Part shown: piece after piece, positions 1-10,376 of the stretch
How positions within the stretch are numbered: position 1 is the stretch's first letter
How the letters are laid out: each line of letters begins with the position of its first letter
Assembly (NCBI GenBank): GCA_041650415.1
Contig: JBAZLC010000001.1
Span: 2,998 to 66,997 of the forward strand
Direction: 5' to 3'
DNA: 64,000 nucleotides
Origin: Minisyncoccota bacterium
GTDB lineage: Bacteria > Patescibacteriota > Minisyncoccia > UBA6257 > UBA9933
Notes under the pieces: model-generated
Database searches by the model: none
Told to the model about the DNA's origin: nothing
The model's input: only the letters and a program-made list of their open reading frames with translations
Position numbers and translations under genes: made by a program

Positions 1-606
1 TAATTGTAATTTTTTGTTAAGATTTAATTGTTTCACTAAAACCAAACGCTTTAAAATTTCTTTCAGCCTCGCGGAATTTTTTACCGGGTCTTTCATTAAC
101 CGTTCAATCGATTTCCTGAAAAATTCATCCGTCTCGTCTTCTAATTCATCGACAGTGGATTTTTTTGAAGTTTCGGGAAAATAAATTTTTTGCAGCCGCG
201 AATTCAAGGTCGGAATCAAATCTTCGGCAGTCTTGGTTAAAAAAATTATCAAGCCGCGCTTGGGCGGTTCTTCGACTATTTTTAACGCGGCGTTTTGAGC
301 TTCCGGCGTAAGAGCCTGGGCGTTTTCAATAATCACCACTCTCTTTAAAGACGCTATCGGCTCCTGCCAAAGAAAATATTTTAAATTTCTTATTTCTTCT
401 ATGCCGATTGTTCCCTTCTCATCCGGCGAAATCGCCAAAAATTCCGTTAAAATTTCTTTCGGTTCGGCAAATTTCCCTTTTTCCAGAAAATTCGCCAGTG
501 TTTGGCTGAAAATAAATTTCTCTTCTCCGGCGCCAAAAAAAAGGTAAGAATGGGATAATTTGTCATTCTCTATCAGTTCCCTGAAATTATTCATCAATTC
601 CTCCAT
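1..606 (-). CDS. holB: DNA polymerase III subunit delta' (partial; C-terminus lies beyond the window start)
   Basis: Reverse-strand translation starts MEELMNNFRELIENDKLSHSYLFFG and contains VVIIENAQALTPEAQNAALKIVEEPP, a typical AAA+ clamp-loader delta' motif. There is no stop codon before position 1. The ORF track missed it because it is truncated. Confidence 0.6.
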   Translation of the reverse strand, partial: MEELMNNFRELIENDKLSHSYLFFGAGEEKFIFSQTLANFLEKGKFAEPKEILTEFLAISPDEKGTIGIEEIRNLKYFLWQEPIASLKRVVIIENAQALTPEAQNAALKIVEEPPKRGLIIFLTKTAEDLIPTLNSRLQKIYFPETSKKSTVDELEDETDEFFRKSIERLMKDPVKNSARLKEILKRLVLVKQLNLNKKLQL

Positions 607-607
607 T

Positions 608-1615
608 TTATCTCTTATCTAAAAGAGTCCTCTTATAGATATCCAAATGCGTCAGAATCAAACCCGCGCCTTTGGCAACGCAAAAAAGAGGCTCTTCGGC
701 TACGTAAGCGTTAACTCCCAAAATTCCTTTGAAGAATTCCGGCAAATGCGCCAATTGCGCTCCGCCTCCCGAAAGTATCATTCCTTTTTCCATTACATCC
801 GCAACCAATTCCGGCGGCGTTTCATTGAAAACGTTTTGAACCGCGGCGGCTATATCCATTAAATACGGATTTAACGCTTCGGCTATTTCATTCGAGTTTA
901 CGGTTAAATTTCTCGGCAAGCCGGAATTTAAATCCCTGCCCCGGATGGAAAATTCCATTTTTTGCCTTGATGGCAAAGCCGAACCGATTTCTATTTTTAT
1001 CGTCTCGGCGGTCTGCTCGCCGATGGCGATTGAATATTTCTTTTTTACGTAATCCATAATCGCCTGGTCGAATTTATTTCCGGCAACTCTCAATGAAGCC
1101 CAGGAAACTATTCCGCCCAAAGCGACGACTGCGACTTCCGAAGTTCCTCCGCCGATATTTATAATCATGTTTCCCGAAGAAGAATTTATCGGAATGTCCG
1201 CTCCTAAAGCCGCCAGAATCGGTTCGCGAACAACGTGCGCGTCTTTGGCGCCGGCTTCTTTTGCCGCGTTAATAACGGCGCGGCGTTCGGTTTGAGTGAT
1301 GCCCGCCGGAACGGAAATTACCACGTCCGGTTTTAAAATATTAAAATAACCCACGGCTTTGGAAATAAAATATTTCAACATCGCCTTGGTAATGTAATAA
1401 TCGGCGATAACTCCTTCGCGAAGCGGCCTGTAAGGAATGATGTCCGCCGGCGTTCTGCCTACCATTTCTTTCGCTTCTTTGCCGACTGCCAAAACCGAAT
1501 TGTCGGGTAAGCTCAAAGCAACAATTGTCGGTTCATTAACCACAAACCCGCGTCCGGGAACAAAAACAATTGTCGCTGTTGTGCCTAAATCGATTCCTAT
1601 TTTTCGTGTAAACAT
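608..1615 (-). CDS. mreB: Rod shape-determining protein MreB
   Basis: 335 aa with an actin-fold ATPase signature (IGIDLGTTATIV, NIGGGTSEVAV, LSGGGAQL). Confidence 0.9.
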   Translation of the reverse strand: MFTRKIGIDLGTTATIVFVPGRGFVVNEPTIVALSLPDNSVLAVGKEAKEMVGRTPADIIPYRPLREGVIADYYITKAMLKYFISKAVGYFNILKPDVVISVPAGITQTERRAVINAAKEAGAKDAHVVREPILAALGADIPINSSSGNMIINIGGGTSEVAVVALGGIVSWASLRVAGNKFDQAIMDYVKKKYSIAIGEQTAETIKIEIGSALPSRQKMEFSIRGRDLNSGLPRNLTVNSNEIAEALNPYLMDIAAAVQNVFNETPPELVADVMEKGMILSGGGAQLAHLPEFFKGILGVNAYVAEEPLFCVAKGAGLILTHLDIYKRTLLDKR

Positions 1616-1636
1616 ATGTTTATTATTAAAAATTAA

Positions 1637-2938
1637 TTATTCAGTTCTTTTTATGTCCGCTCCCAATTTTTTCAATCTTTCTTCCAATTTTTCATATCCC
1701 CTGTCTATTTGATATATATTGTCTATTTCCGTTTTTCCCTGGGCTATCAAAGCGGCTATCAGCAACGCCATTCCGGCGCGCAGATCGGGGCTGACTAATT
1801 TCCTTCCATGCAGTTTCGACGGCCCGTTGACCACGACTCTGTGCGGGTCTGCCATAATGATATTCGCGCCCATTTGGGTCAGCATATCCGCAAAAAGCAG
1901 CCTGCGGTCATAAATCGTTTCGTGAATCAAACTCAAACCGTGAGCTTGAGTCATCAACACAGTATAAGCTGATTGCAAATCCGTCGCAAATCCGGGATAT
2001 TCATGCGTGGTAACTTCACAAGCTAAAAGTTTTTTTGACGGCTTAATTAAAACGCTGTCTTTATTTAATACAAAATTCACGCCTATTTTGTCAAACAAAG
2101 CCCAAAGCGCTTCCAAATGTTTCGGCTCGCAATTTTTTATTAAAATATTTCCGCCATTTGAAGCCGCCGCAAGCATGGCAAAAGTTCCGGTTTCAATTCT
2201 ATCGGGTATGATTTTATATTCTCCGCCGCCCAACTTTTTCACTCCTTTTATTTTTATAGTCGGCGTTCCGGCTCCTTCGATTTTCGCTCCGCAAGAATTG
2301 AGAAAATCCGCCAAAGCGGGAATTTCCGGTTCCATCGCGGCATTTTTCAAAACGGTTTCCCCTTCCGCCAAACAGGAAGTCATCATCAAACTCTCGGTAG
2401 CGGTAACGCTGACTTTCGAAAAAAATATCTCAACGCCTTTCAGTTTTTTCGCTTTCAAACAATAATAGCCGTCTTTTATTTCAAGCTTGGCGCCCATTTT
2501 CTGAAAAGAATCCAAAAACAAATCTATCGGCCTAGTGCCCGCGCCGATAACGCATCCGCCCGGATGAGGAAATTTAACTTCGCCGCAAGTAGCAAGAATG
2601 GGACCGACAAACATTATTGAAGCGCGGAATTTGTTTACCAGTTCCGGAGGCAAAGCAACGCACTTCTGAGTTTTAAATTGTATGTCAACGACTCCCGGTT
2701 TTATTTTTTTTACTTCATGGCCCAAAGCCAAAAGCATTTCTTGCGCTCTTGAAACGTCTTCTATCTCGGGCGTGTTTGAAACCCTTATTTTTTCACGGGT
2801 CAAAATTGCGGCCGGAAAAATTTTAAGGGCCGCATTCTTGGAACCGGAAATTTTTATCTCGCCTTTAAGCGGCCTTCGGCCGTTAATAATAAACTTGGGC
2901 ATTTGTTTAAATAATATTCCTTCTGTTGAAAAAGGCAA
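1637..2938 (-). CDS. murA: UDP-N-acetylglucosamine 1-carboxyvinyltransferase
   Basis: 433 aa of EPSP-synthase/MurA family. Contains KISGSKNAALKIF near the N-terminus and a two-domain enolpyruvyl transferase architecture. Confidence 0.9.
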   Translation of the reverse strand: MPFSTEGILFKQMPKFIINGRRPLKGEIKISGSKNAALKIFPAAILTREKIRVSNTPEIEDVSRAQEMLLALGHEVKKIKPGVVDIQFKTQKCVALPPELVNKFRASIMFVGPILATCGEVKFPHPGGCVIGAGTRPIDLFLDSFQKMGAKLEIKDGYYCLKAKKLKGVEIFFSKVSVTATESLMMTSCLAEGETVLKNAAMEPEIPALADFLNSCGAKIEGAGTPTIKIKGVKKLGGGEYKIIPDRIETGTFAMLAAASNGGNILIKNCEPKHLEALWALFDKIGVNFVLNKDSVLIKPSKKLLACEVTTHEYPGFATDLQSAYTVLMTQAHGLSLIHETIYDRRLLFADMLTQMGANIIMADPHRVVVNGPSKLHGRKLVSPDLRAGMALLIAALIAQGKTEIDNIYQIDRGYEKLEERLKKLGADIKRTE

Positions 2939-2973
2939 GATAATATAGTAGGATATTTCTCATTAATAATGAT

Positions 2974-4323
2974 ATGACTTTAAGAACCAGACGCTGCATG
3001 TTTTACAGCTTTATTCTTATCTTTATCGCCGTCGGAATCGGCGTTATTTTCTATTCGCAAGGCTGGAGACCGGTGTGGCAAGACAATAAAATAATCTTTC
3101 AGGAAACCGGCGCGATTTTTATCGAAACGTCTCCGAAAAACGCCGAGATAAAAATCGACGGCAAAATATTCAAAGACAAATCCGGACTTTTGCAAAGCGG
3201 CACGCTTATAGACAACTTTTTACCGAAAAATTATAAAATTGAAATTAAAAAAGACGGATATTCCGCCTGGCAAAAAAATCTTTCCGTAAAATCGGGCATG
3301 GTGGCTGAAACCGGAAAAATAATTCTTATTCCGGAAAAAATTTCCCCGCAACCGTTTTCAAACGTGAAAACTGCCGGCGCGTTTTGGGAAAAAGAAAACA
3401 GATTAGTGTTTTCAAGTAGCAGCGCGCTTTATTATTTCAACCAGGACAAACCGGTTAAATTAAAAGGAAATAATTTTATTTCCTGGAGTGAAGACGGAAA
3501 TAAATTCATAACCAAAGATACGGCAACCTTGATTTATTATTTTTACGATACCGGAATTATATCAAAGCCCACCAGCTTAAATTCCACGTTTAACGGCCTT
3601 TCTAAAACATCCATTTCAGACATATCTTTCCATCCGGCTGATTCGAACAAAATGATAATTAAAGGAAAAAACGGCGCGCTTTACATCTTGGACTTAAACC
3701 GTTCAACAGCCGAAAAAATAGTCCAGAAAACCACTGCGTCGTTCGCCATAAAAAATCCCAATATTTTATACGCTTCCGGAACACAATTACGCTCTTTCAA
3801 TTTATTGCTTAAAGCCGACGATTTGAAATTCGAATTATCGAAAGAGCTTGCCGCGCAAAAAATATCCAAAATTTTTTCAAATGGAAATATTATTTTTACT
3901 CTCTTACAAAACGGTAACCTTTATGCCTTTAACCAGCAAAATTTAACCGGAATAAAAATCGCCAACTCCGTAAAAGATTCCATTGTTTCACCCGATAATA
4001 AAAAACTCGCAGTTTGGAACGTAGGCGGCGAATTAAGCGTTTATTTTATCGAAGACTATCAAACGGAAATCGTTAAAAAAGCCGGAAATATTGCCGCTTT
4101 AAACGCATATAAATCGGAGATTAAAAATGTTTATTGGTACAAAGATTCACGTTATTTACTCGTCGAAACCGCGAATAATACTGTTAATTTCATCGAAATC
4201 GACGACCGCCTGCCGATAAATAAATACGTGTTATCGGAAAATTCTTTCAATTCTTTTTACGAACAAAACTCAAACCGCCTTTATTTCATTCAAGAAAATA
4301 AAATCTATTTTGTGGAGATTTAG
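2974..4323 (+). CDS. Membrane-anchored PEGA-domain protein (hypothetical)
   Basis: 449 aa with an N-terminal TM helix and a PEGA-like motif (KNAEIKIDGK...KNYKIEIKKDGYSAWQKNLSV). The C-terminal half is repeat-rich and beta-rich. Confidence 0.5.
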   Translation: MTLRTRRCMFYSFILIFIAVGIGVIFYSQGWRPVWQDNKIIFQETGAIFIETSPKNAEIKIDGKIFKDKSGLLQSGTLIDNFLPKNYKIEIKKDGYSAWQKNLSVKSGMVAETGKIILIPEKISPQPFSNVKTAGAFWEKENRLVFSSSSALYYFNQDKPVKLKGNNFISWSEDGNKFITKDTATLIYYFYDTGIISKPTSLNSTFNGLSKTSISDISFHPADSNKMIIKGKNGALYILDLNRSTAEKIVQKTTASFAIKNPNILYASGTQLRSFNLLLKADDLKFELSKELAAQKISKIFSNGNIIFTLLQNGNLYAFNQQNLTGIKIANSVKDSIVSPDNKKLAVWNVGGELSVYFIEDYQTEIVKKAGNIAALNAYKSEIKNVYWYKDSRYLLVETANNTVNFIEIDDRLPINKYVLSENSFNSFYEQNSNRLYFIQENKIYFVEI

Positions 4324-4324
4324 G

Positions 4325-5374
4325 CTATTCTTCTTCCTCTTCTTCTTGGGGTTTATCCAAAGTAATCGGCTCTATATCAATTGCTTTGCCGGAAATTTTT
4401 AAGACGTCTTTATCTATTTTGCCAAGCTCCTTTGAAGCTTTATTATACATGCTGACTGTCGTTCCAAGATGGCCGCCAAGCTTTTGCATATAATTATCAA
4501 AACTTGAAATATGCCTGCCTAAATCTTCCACCCTCTTTCTGATTTCTTTGGCTGATTCTTCTATTTGCAAAGCTTTCAAACCCTGAAGAACCGTTTGAAG
4601 ATAAGCAAAGAACGAAGTTGGAGAAACAATAATTACTTTTTTGTCATTAAAAGCGTATTCAACCAAATCCTTGGCATTCACCGAACCGACTTTATTTATC
4701 AAGACGTCGTAAAAAACCGCTTCCGAAGGAATAAACATAAAAGCGAAATCCATGGTGTCTTCCGCCGGTTTAACGTATTTCGAAGTTTCATCTATCCTGT
4801 TTTTTAAATCCTGGCGGAAAAGATTTTCTAATCTCTCGCGTTCGCCTTCATCATGCGTTTCCAAAAGCCGGTTATAATTTTCCAAACTGAATTTTGAATC
4901 AACCGGTATTATTTTCTTGCCCACGAAAATGGCGGCGTCAACAATAAGCCCGTCTTTAAATTCATATTGCATTTGAAAATTATTCGGGGGCAGAACGTTT
5001 TTCAAAACCGTTTCCAAATAATATTCCCCCAAAATCCCCCGCTGTTTTGGATTTTTCAAAATATCCTGCAAACTTTTCAGCTGATCGGCGAAATTTACCA
5101 CTTGTCTATTTGTTTCATCAAGCTTAGTAAGCCGTTCGGTAACGTCGCGAATTATTCTGGCGCTTTCGCCGAATTGCCTTTGAAGCATTTGAGTTGATTC
5201 GCCAAGCTTAGTATCCAAAGTGCGGTTAATTTCATTTATCTGGCCTTGAATCATTAAAAGCGATTGGTCGTCTTTTTTTTCGCTCGAGTTCTTTTTAAGC
5301 TGCCAAAAAATCAGCCCGAGACCGCCCGCCAAAACTAAAACGATTACTATTAAAAAGATTGATGCCGCTTCCAT
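4325..5374 (-). CDS. rmuC: DNA recombination protein RmuC
   Basis: 349 aa with an N-terminal TM and coiled coil. The RmuC signature GILGEYYLETVL is present. Confidence 0.8.
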   Translation of the reverse strand: MEAASIFLIVIVLVLAGGLGLIFWQLKKNSSEKKDDQSLLMIQGQINEINRTLDTKLGESTQMLQRQFGESARIIRDVTERLTKLDETNRQVVNFADQLKSLQDILKNPKQRGILGEYYLETVLKNVLPPNNFQMQYEFKDGLIVDAAIFVGKKIIPVDSKFSLENYNRLLETHDEGERERLENLFRQDLKNRIDETSKYVKPAEDTMDFAFMFIPSEAVFYDVLINKVGSVNAKDLVEYAFNDKKVIIVSPTSFFAYLQTVLQGLKALQIEESAKEIRKRVEDLGRHISSFDNYMQKLGGHLGTTVSMYNKASKELGKIDKDVLKISGKAIDIEPITLDKPQEEEEEE

Positions 5375-5375
5375 T

Positions 5376-5939
5376 TTAATTATTTTTATTTTTTAATTTT
5401 CTATACAGGAAAAATCCCCAAACCAAAGCAAGCAAAGAATAATTTATTATCATGAACCACGTATTGCTCCAATTAAGGCCGTCAAATTTGAATCCGGAAA
5501 CCGGCCACAAAAACGGCGTGGGGAAAAATTGATAAGAATGACTGGGAATGTCTATTAGAATATGAAAAAACCAGCCGCCCAATTCCCAAATCGGCCGGCG
5601 GAAAATCAAATAAAGAATGCCGAAAACTACGGCGAAAATTATAAAGCTGTGGCTGATATTATAAAGCGATTTTGAAAGTTCAAGCACGCCATTAAGCTTT
5701 GGAGAGACTAACGGTTCCATTGTTTCAGGGCCAGGCAAATCAGACAAGCTAAATTTCCCAAAAAACAATCCGCCAAATATCCAAACGAAAGGAATTGAAA
5801 AAGAAAAGAAATCAGGAAAAACTCCCCATAAAGATGTTATCCAAATTTTAAGCGGCTTTTTTTGTTTTGGTTTTAAAGCAAAATCATTTACTCCCTTGGA
5901 AGCCGCGGCAGTCCAAAGACCGTGAGCAAAAATATCCAT
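5376..5939 (-). CDS. Membrane-bound metal-dependent hydrolase-like protein (YdjM/DUF457-like)
   Basis: 187 aa polytopic membrane protein. The N-terminus MDIFAHGLWT is typical of the YdjM family. Confidence 0.4.
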   Translation of the reverse strand: MDIFAHGLWTAAASKGVNDFALKPKQKKPLKIWITSLWGVFPDFFSFSIPFVWIFGGLFFGKFSLSDLPGPETMEPLVSPKLNGVLELSKSLYNISHSFIIFAVVFGILYLIFRRPIWELGGWFFHILIDIPSHSYQFFPTPFLWPVSGFKFDGLNWSNTWFMIINYSLLALVWGFFLYRKLKNKNN

Positions 5940-5977
5940 ATTGCTTAATTATATCCTAAAATCTTCCGACGACCAAA

Positions 5978-7126
5978 TTAAAAAGTTGATTTGCGGCCGT
6001 GCATTTTCTTCTCCACTTTTGCCATGGCCAATTTCATCGCCGCTTCGCGATGGCTGATTTTATGTTTGGCGCTTTCTTTAAGAACGCTTTTTGTAGTTTT
6101 AACGATTTTTCTTTCAATCATTTCAAACATTCTCTTGGGATTATATCCCCTGTATTCGGCATAAGAAGAAATGACGCCGCCGGCATTCGCCACAAAATCG
6201 GGCAATATTAAAATTCCTTTTTTCTCCAGATATTTTTCCGTTTCTTCAGACATCGGAATGTTCGCCGCTTCAATGATTATTTTTGCCTTTACGGAATCCC
6301 TGTTTTTCTCGTTGATAACGTCCGTAACCGAAGCGGGAATTAAAATATCCACGGGTAAACCGAAAATTTCTCCCGGTTTTATTTTTTTCCCTTTTGAACA
6401 GCCCGACACCGATTTCCCGCCGGCTTTCAATTTATCCAATTCGCCATTATCCAGACCGTCTTTACAATAAATTCCGCCGTGGATATCGGAAACCGCCACT
6501 ATTTTCGCTCCCAATTCCTTTAAAAATTTAAAAGCGAAAGAACCGACGTTTCCATAACCATCTATCGCCACTTCAATATCTTTCATATCAAGTCCCAAGA
6601 ATTCAACGACCGCTTTTGTCGCCTTTACCACGCCGAAACCGGTACTACCGTATTCGTGCGGAAGACCGCATTTCATTTCGCCGTTTTTTCCGGTCGATTT
6701 AAAACATAAATTCGCCGGCTTACCCGTCGCGGTGCGCGGATTGCCCGTCGCCTCCACAAACCATTTCATTTCCGTTTCGCCCGTGTTAACATCGGGTCCG
6801 GCAACATACCTTTTTATAAGCAACGGCTTTATTGCCCTGGCAAAACTCTGAATCATTTCTTTTTTACGTTCTCTGTCCGTTCCCGCGGGAAATTTTATCC
6901 CAGCTTTGGCTCCGCCAAAAGGAATATCCGCCAAAGCATTTTTCCATGTCATTGTCCGCGCCAAACGAAACACTTCTCCTTCGCTTACATCGGGCGTCAT
7001 TCTTATCCCGCCCTTGCCCGTTCCCAAAGCCGTATTATGTATAACTAAAAATCCTTCCAAACCTATTTTCGGGTCATGAATTTTAATAATGTATTCCGGT
7101 CCAAATTTGTCTTTAAATTTCTCCAT
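5978..7126 (-). CDS. Glu/Leu/Phe/Val dehydrogenase family protein (glutamate dehydrogenase-like)
   Basis: 382 aa. Contains the GGAKAGIKF catalytic lysine motif and a GYGNVG Rossmann NAD(P)-binding motif. Confidence 0.85.
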   Translation of the reverse strand: MEKFKDKFGPEYIIKIHDPKIGLEGFLVIHNTALGTGKGGIRMTPDVSEGEVFRLARTMTWKNALADIPFGGAKAGIKFPAGTDRERKKEMIQSFARAIKPLLIKRYVAGPDVNTGETEMKWFVEATGNPRTATGKPANLCFKSTGKNGEMKCGLPHEYGSTGFGVVKATKAVVEFLGLDMKDIEVAIDGYGNVGSFAFKFLKELGAKIVAVSDIHGGIYCKDGLDNGELDKLKAGGKSVSGCSKGKKIKPGEIFGLPVDILIPASVTDVINEKNRDSVKAKIIIEAANIPMSEETEKYLEKKGILILPDFVANAGGVISSYAEYRGYNPKRMFEMIERKIVKTTKSVLKESAKHKISHREAAMKLAMAKVEKKMHGRKSTF

Positions 7127-7147
7127 TTTATTTATTATTCATTAATT

Positions 7148-7525
7148 TTATAATTCCAACGGACAAGCACTCTCTTGTGAAAGAACGTTTAATTCCCTGT
7201 AACCGACTATCCGCTTATTGTTGTCATTCGGAAAAATCCATGTCGGAGTGCCGTCTATTTTTTCGGCAACACATTTATTCGGGTCTTTAAGGCAATCAAC
7301 GTAATTCACATACCGCCAGGCACTTTTAAAATCGGCTTTCTGTTTTAAACACCACGCGCAAGATTCCGTTCCATACATTGTAATCCCCTTGCTTGCCAAA
7401 CATTTCGCGAACGCTTCCAAACCGGGACTTGCCCGATTTACAGTTGTAAATTGAGCCCAAATTAAAAAACCGACCACTCCGGCCAATATTACAAATATGG
7501 CAATCAAATAAAATTTATTATTCAT
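7148..7525 (-). CDS. Membrane-anchored thioredoxin-like protein (CxxC)
   Basis: The listed ORF is 7148..7561 (137 aa). One TM helix, then GTESCAWCLKQK (a CxxC motif) and a DGTPTW cis-Pro motif. The shorter start (MNNKFYLIA at 7525) avoids a 44-nt overlap with the upstream gene. Confidence 0.5.
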   Translation of the reverse strand: MNNKFYLIAIFVILAGVVGFLIWAQFTTVNRASPGLEAFAKCLASKGITMYGTESCAWCLKQKADFKSAWRYVNYVDCLKDPNKCVAEKIDGTPTWIFPNDNNKRIVGYRELNVLSQESACPLEL

Positions 7526-8018
7526 CACAGCAATCAACCAATTTATCGACAACGTCTTCAAGCGTCCAAGGCTTATCCTTAGCCGCTGCGTCTTTTACAT
7601 CCGAAACGCTGATTAATTTCAATCTTAAACCCCAAAACAAAGAATAAAGCCTGAAAGCGTAGTCAAAAAACTTTTTAGCCTCATCTTTCTTGTTGTCGGA
7701 TTGAAGTTTTGTGCCAACTTCTATAAGACGCATTGAAGTCGCCAATAAATGCTTGGAAATGCACCAAAGCTCGCCTTCTTTCTTGTCTATCATTTTCGCC
7801 AGCAAACTTTTGCGGATTTCGCGAATTTCATTCACGAAATCGAAATAATTTTCCTTGCCCGTTTTCTCGCCCGTAAAATAAAAGTGCTCCTCCAGACTTA
7901 TAAGGTTCATTATCGCGATGCTTAAATCTTCTTCGGTCGATAAATCAAGATTACCCGATTTTTTCGCGTCTTCTATTTTTCTCAACAATTCGTTGAATTT
8001 TTCCTGATTTATATCCAT
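7518..8018 (-). CDS. Hypothetical protein
   Basis: 166 aa soluble protein ending in CCDE. No family recognised. Confidence 0.35.
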   Translation of the reverse strand: MDINQEKFNELLRKIEDAKKSGNLDLSTEEDLSIAIMNLISLEEHFYFTGEKTGKENYFDFVNEIREIRKSLLAKMIDKKEGELWCISKHLLATSMRLIEVGTKLQSDNKKDEAKKFFDYAFRLYSLFWGLRLKLISVSDVKDAAAKDKPWTLEDVVDKLVDCCDE

Positions 8019-8028
8019 AGTTATATTT

Positions 8029-8769
8029 TTATATTATGAAAAATATTATTAACCCCAATAAAATCATTACCAGACCGGAAATTAATTTCATTCCGCCGCC
8101 CTCTTCCTTGCGCCATAATCTTACCCTTTCAAGCAGGATTTTGTTTGAAGCAACCAGTAATATAATAACCAGCGGCAATACGAAAATCAAATTGTAATAA
8201 ATCAAATAAAGAAATCCTTTAAAATAGCTCGCCTTATCGTGCAAAAGCCCGAGTACTACCAAATACGGCCCGCCCGTGCAAGGAAATTCAAAAAGCGCCA
8301 CAAATATACCGAGAAAAAAAGCACTGATCGCCGAAGCTTTTGAAATTAAAACCGCTATTCTTTCATGGCTTGCTTCGGGAATTTTAAGCTTTATCGGAAA
8401 AGCGGGAAAAAATTTATTTATTATATTTATCAGGCCCGCCGCGATTAAAATAACGGCCGCAACTTTCGAAACGAAACGCGGAATGCCGAAAAAAGAAAGC
8501 GCTTCCAAAATTCCCAAGCCTATTAAAATATAGGTTAAAAATATCCCAATTACGTAAACCAAACCGATTTTCAAAACCTTCAGCCTGGACATCTCCATAC
8601 TGAAAAGGAATCCTATTGTTAAAAGCAAAACCGAAAACGCGCACGGATTAACGCTGTCGGCCAGCGCTCCAACCGTAATCAAAGAAATTAATGGCGATTT
8701 ACCGACAAAAAAAATAAAAACCGAAACAGCCGCAAGCGCCACTAAAAATAATAATAATTTCTTTTTCAT
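8029..8769 (-). CDS. ccdA: Cytochrome c-type biogenesis protein CcdA / DsbD-like thiol-disulfide transporter
   Basis: 246 aa polytopic membrane protein. Conserved Cys pair in TM helices (DSVNPCAF...FEFPCTGGP). It is adjacent to the thioredoxin-like gene. Confidence 0.7.
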   Translation of the reverse strand: MKKKLLLFLVALAAVSVFIFFVGKSPLISLITVGALADSVNPCAFSVLLLTIGFLFSMEMSRLKVLKIGLVYVIGIFLTYILIGLGILEALSFFGIPRFVSKVAAVILIAAGLINIINKFFPAFPIKLKIPEASHERIAVLISKASAISAFFLGIFVALFEFPCTGGPYLVVLGLLHDKASYFKGFLYLIYYNLIFVLPLVIILLVASNKILLERVRLWRKEEGGGMKLISGLVMILLGLIIFFII

Positions 8770-8781
8770 ATTAAATAATCA

Positions 8782-9804
8782 TCACGGCTGAAGAATATCT
8801 TCCGTTCTGCCGTTAATCGAAATCACAACGTCTTTGACCGTATCGAATTGCTTTAATGTTTCAACTATCTGCCACCTGATGGCGCCAACCCGGCAAGAAC
8901 CGCCAATTTGAAATTCCAGTTGCTCGTTAAATTCAACTTTCGCCACGCCATTCTCAATAGTAAGCTTTTTAATTTCGACTCCCGAATTAATGCTTGTAAA
9001 ATAACCATTGGCTTTTTCCTCTTCTGTCGGACCCTTTAATAATTCTTCAAGCGCCGCGCGTGCGACAGCCGGAGTGCTGACAACTTTTCTGCTGACCGGA
9101 AAAACTTTATTACAAGAAACTTCGGGGTCAAGATTGGTATTATTGAAATAAGTTTTTACTTGGATTGTTTCCGTTGAAGTTACAAATTTTACCGGAACGC
9201 GCAATTGGTCATCGTTTTGCGGCAAGCCCGAAGGATTATCTTTTTGCAAAATTAAAGTTCCCGTAGCCGTTGCCGGAGTGGTAAATTCCAAAGTCACTTT
9301 AAAAGGTATAAAATTTGTTGTCATCCAATCACTCTGCGCTTGAGCCACAGCAATCGCCAATTGATTGCCATTGGCATCGAATAATTTAACCGGAAAGCTC
9401 GCCTCAAAAAACCAATTTCCTCTTGCCTGTCCTTCTATAACAACCGGACTTTTAATTGTCTGATTCGGCCGGGGATTATTTATTTTTATCAAATTAGTTT
9501 TTTCCAATTCATTGCCGATATCTTCAGTAAAACTTCCGCCATTTGGCGCCGCACATCGCCTTGGATAACTTTCCATAACGGGATAACCCGCAGCAACGCA
9601 CTCATTGAAATTATTTACGCTTACTGTATTTGTATTGCCGCAGCCTTCAATAGGCGCCGGATTTGAAGGATTGCCATGTTTAACCCACTCGCCGTTTTGG
9701 CAAAGCCAGGTATCTTCATCGCCGCCAAAAAAAATTCTTGCCGTCAGCAAACCCGCTCCGACGGCAACTATTAATATCAATATAATTAAAATTGCTTTTT
9801 TCAT
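8782..9804 (-). CDS. Secreted protein with C-terminal GerMN-like domain
   Basis: 340 aa with a signal anchor and a Cys-containing N-terminal part. The C-terminus (VARAALEELLKGPTEEEKANGYFTSINSGVEIKKLTIENGVAKVEF) resembles a GerMN/sporulation-germination-like fold. Confidence 0.45.
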   Translation of the reverse strand: MKKAILIILILIVAVGAGLLTARIFFGGDEDTWLCQNGEWVKHGNPSNPAPIEGCGNTNTVSVNNFNECVAAGYPVMESYPRRCAAPNGGSFTEDIGNELEKTNLIKINNPRPNQTIKSPVVIEGQARGNWFFEASFPVKLFDANGNQLAIAVAQAQSDWMTTNFIPFKVTLEFTTPATATGTLILQKDNPSGLPQNDDQLRVPVKFVTSTETIQVKTYFNNTNLDPEVSCNKVFPVSRKVVSTPAVARAALEELLKGPTEEEKANGYFTSINSGVEIKKLTIENGVAKVEFNEQLEFQIGGSCRVGAIRWQIVETLKQFDTVKDVVISINGRTEDILQP

Positions 9805-9815
9805 AATAGATTTAA

Positions 9816-10376
9816 TTATACTCTTCCCGCGCCTTTGCGTAAAATGATCATTTTGCCTTTTTCAATTTTAATTAAAGTTGAAGGCCTACCGCTGATTTTC
9901 CCGCTATCGGCGTAAAAATCTATTTTATCGCCGAAATATTTTTTTGCTTGTTTTATTGTTTCTGCCGGAGGCTCGCCCTCTAAATTGGCGCTTGGCGCGA
10001 CCAACGGCCCGGTTTTTTTAACCAAATTTATCAAAGATTTCTTTTTTGACAGACGAAAGGCCAAAGTTTTTACTCCACGATGAAGATATTGAAATTTTTT
10101 ATCCGGACACGGCAAAATAATACTCACTTTCCCCGGCCAAAATTTCAATAATTGTTTTTTTATCCCGGAATTAATCTTAATGTTAAATAATTTTAAATCA
10201 TCTAAAGAACTTATTAAAACAATTGACGATTTTTTGGGGGCGCGGTGACGGACTCTATAAATTCTTTCAATCGATTCCTTAGACAGCGCTTGTCCAACCA
10301 AGCCGTAAAGAGTATCAGTTGCTAAAACACCGATGCCGCCCGCATTAAGTATTTGAATTATTTTTTTATCAATCAT
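9816..10376 (-). CDS. tsaC: L-threonylcarbamoyladenylate synthase (YrdC/Sua5 family)
   Basis: 186 aa YrdC fold. Contains VLATDTLYGLVG and PSANLEGEPP. Confidence 0.8.
   Translation of the reverse strand: MIDKKIIQILNAGGIGVLATDTLYGLVGQALSKESIERIYRVRHRAPKKSSIVLISSLDDLKLFNIKINSGIKKQLLKFWPGKVSIILPCPDKKFQYLHRGVKTLAFRLSKKKSLINLVKKTGPLVAPSANLEGEPPAETIKQAKKYFGDKIDFYADSGKISGRPSTLIKIEKGKMIILRKGAGRV

Noticed and set aside
2007-2465. Plus-strand ORFs antisense to murA, and similar antisense ORFs such as 34067..34567 (antisense to infB) and 41827..42444 (antisense to groEL)
   Set aside because: These are low-complexity Ser/Ala/Phe-rich translations of the antisense strand of well-supported genes, with no Shine-Dalgarno. 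They are mirror-frame artefacts.
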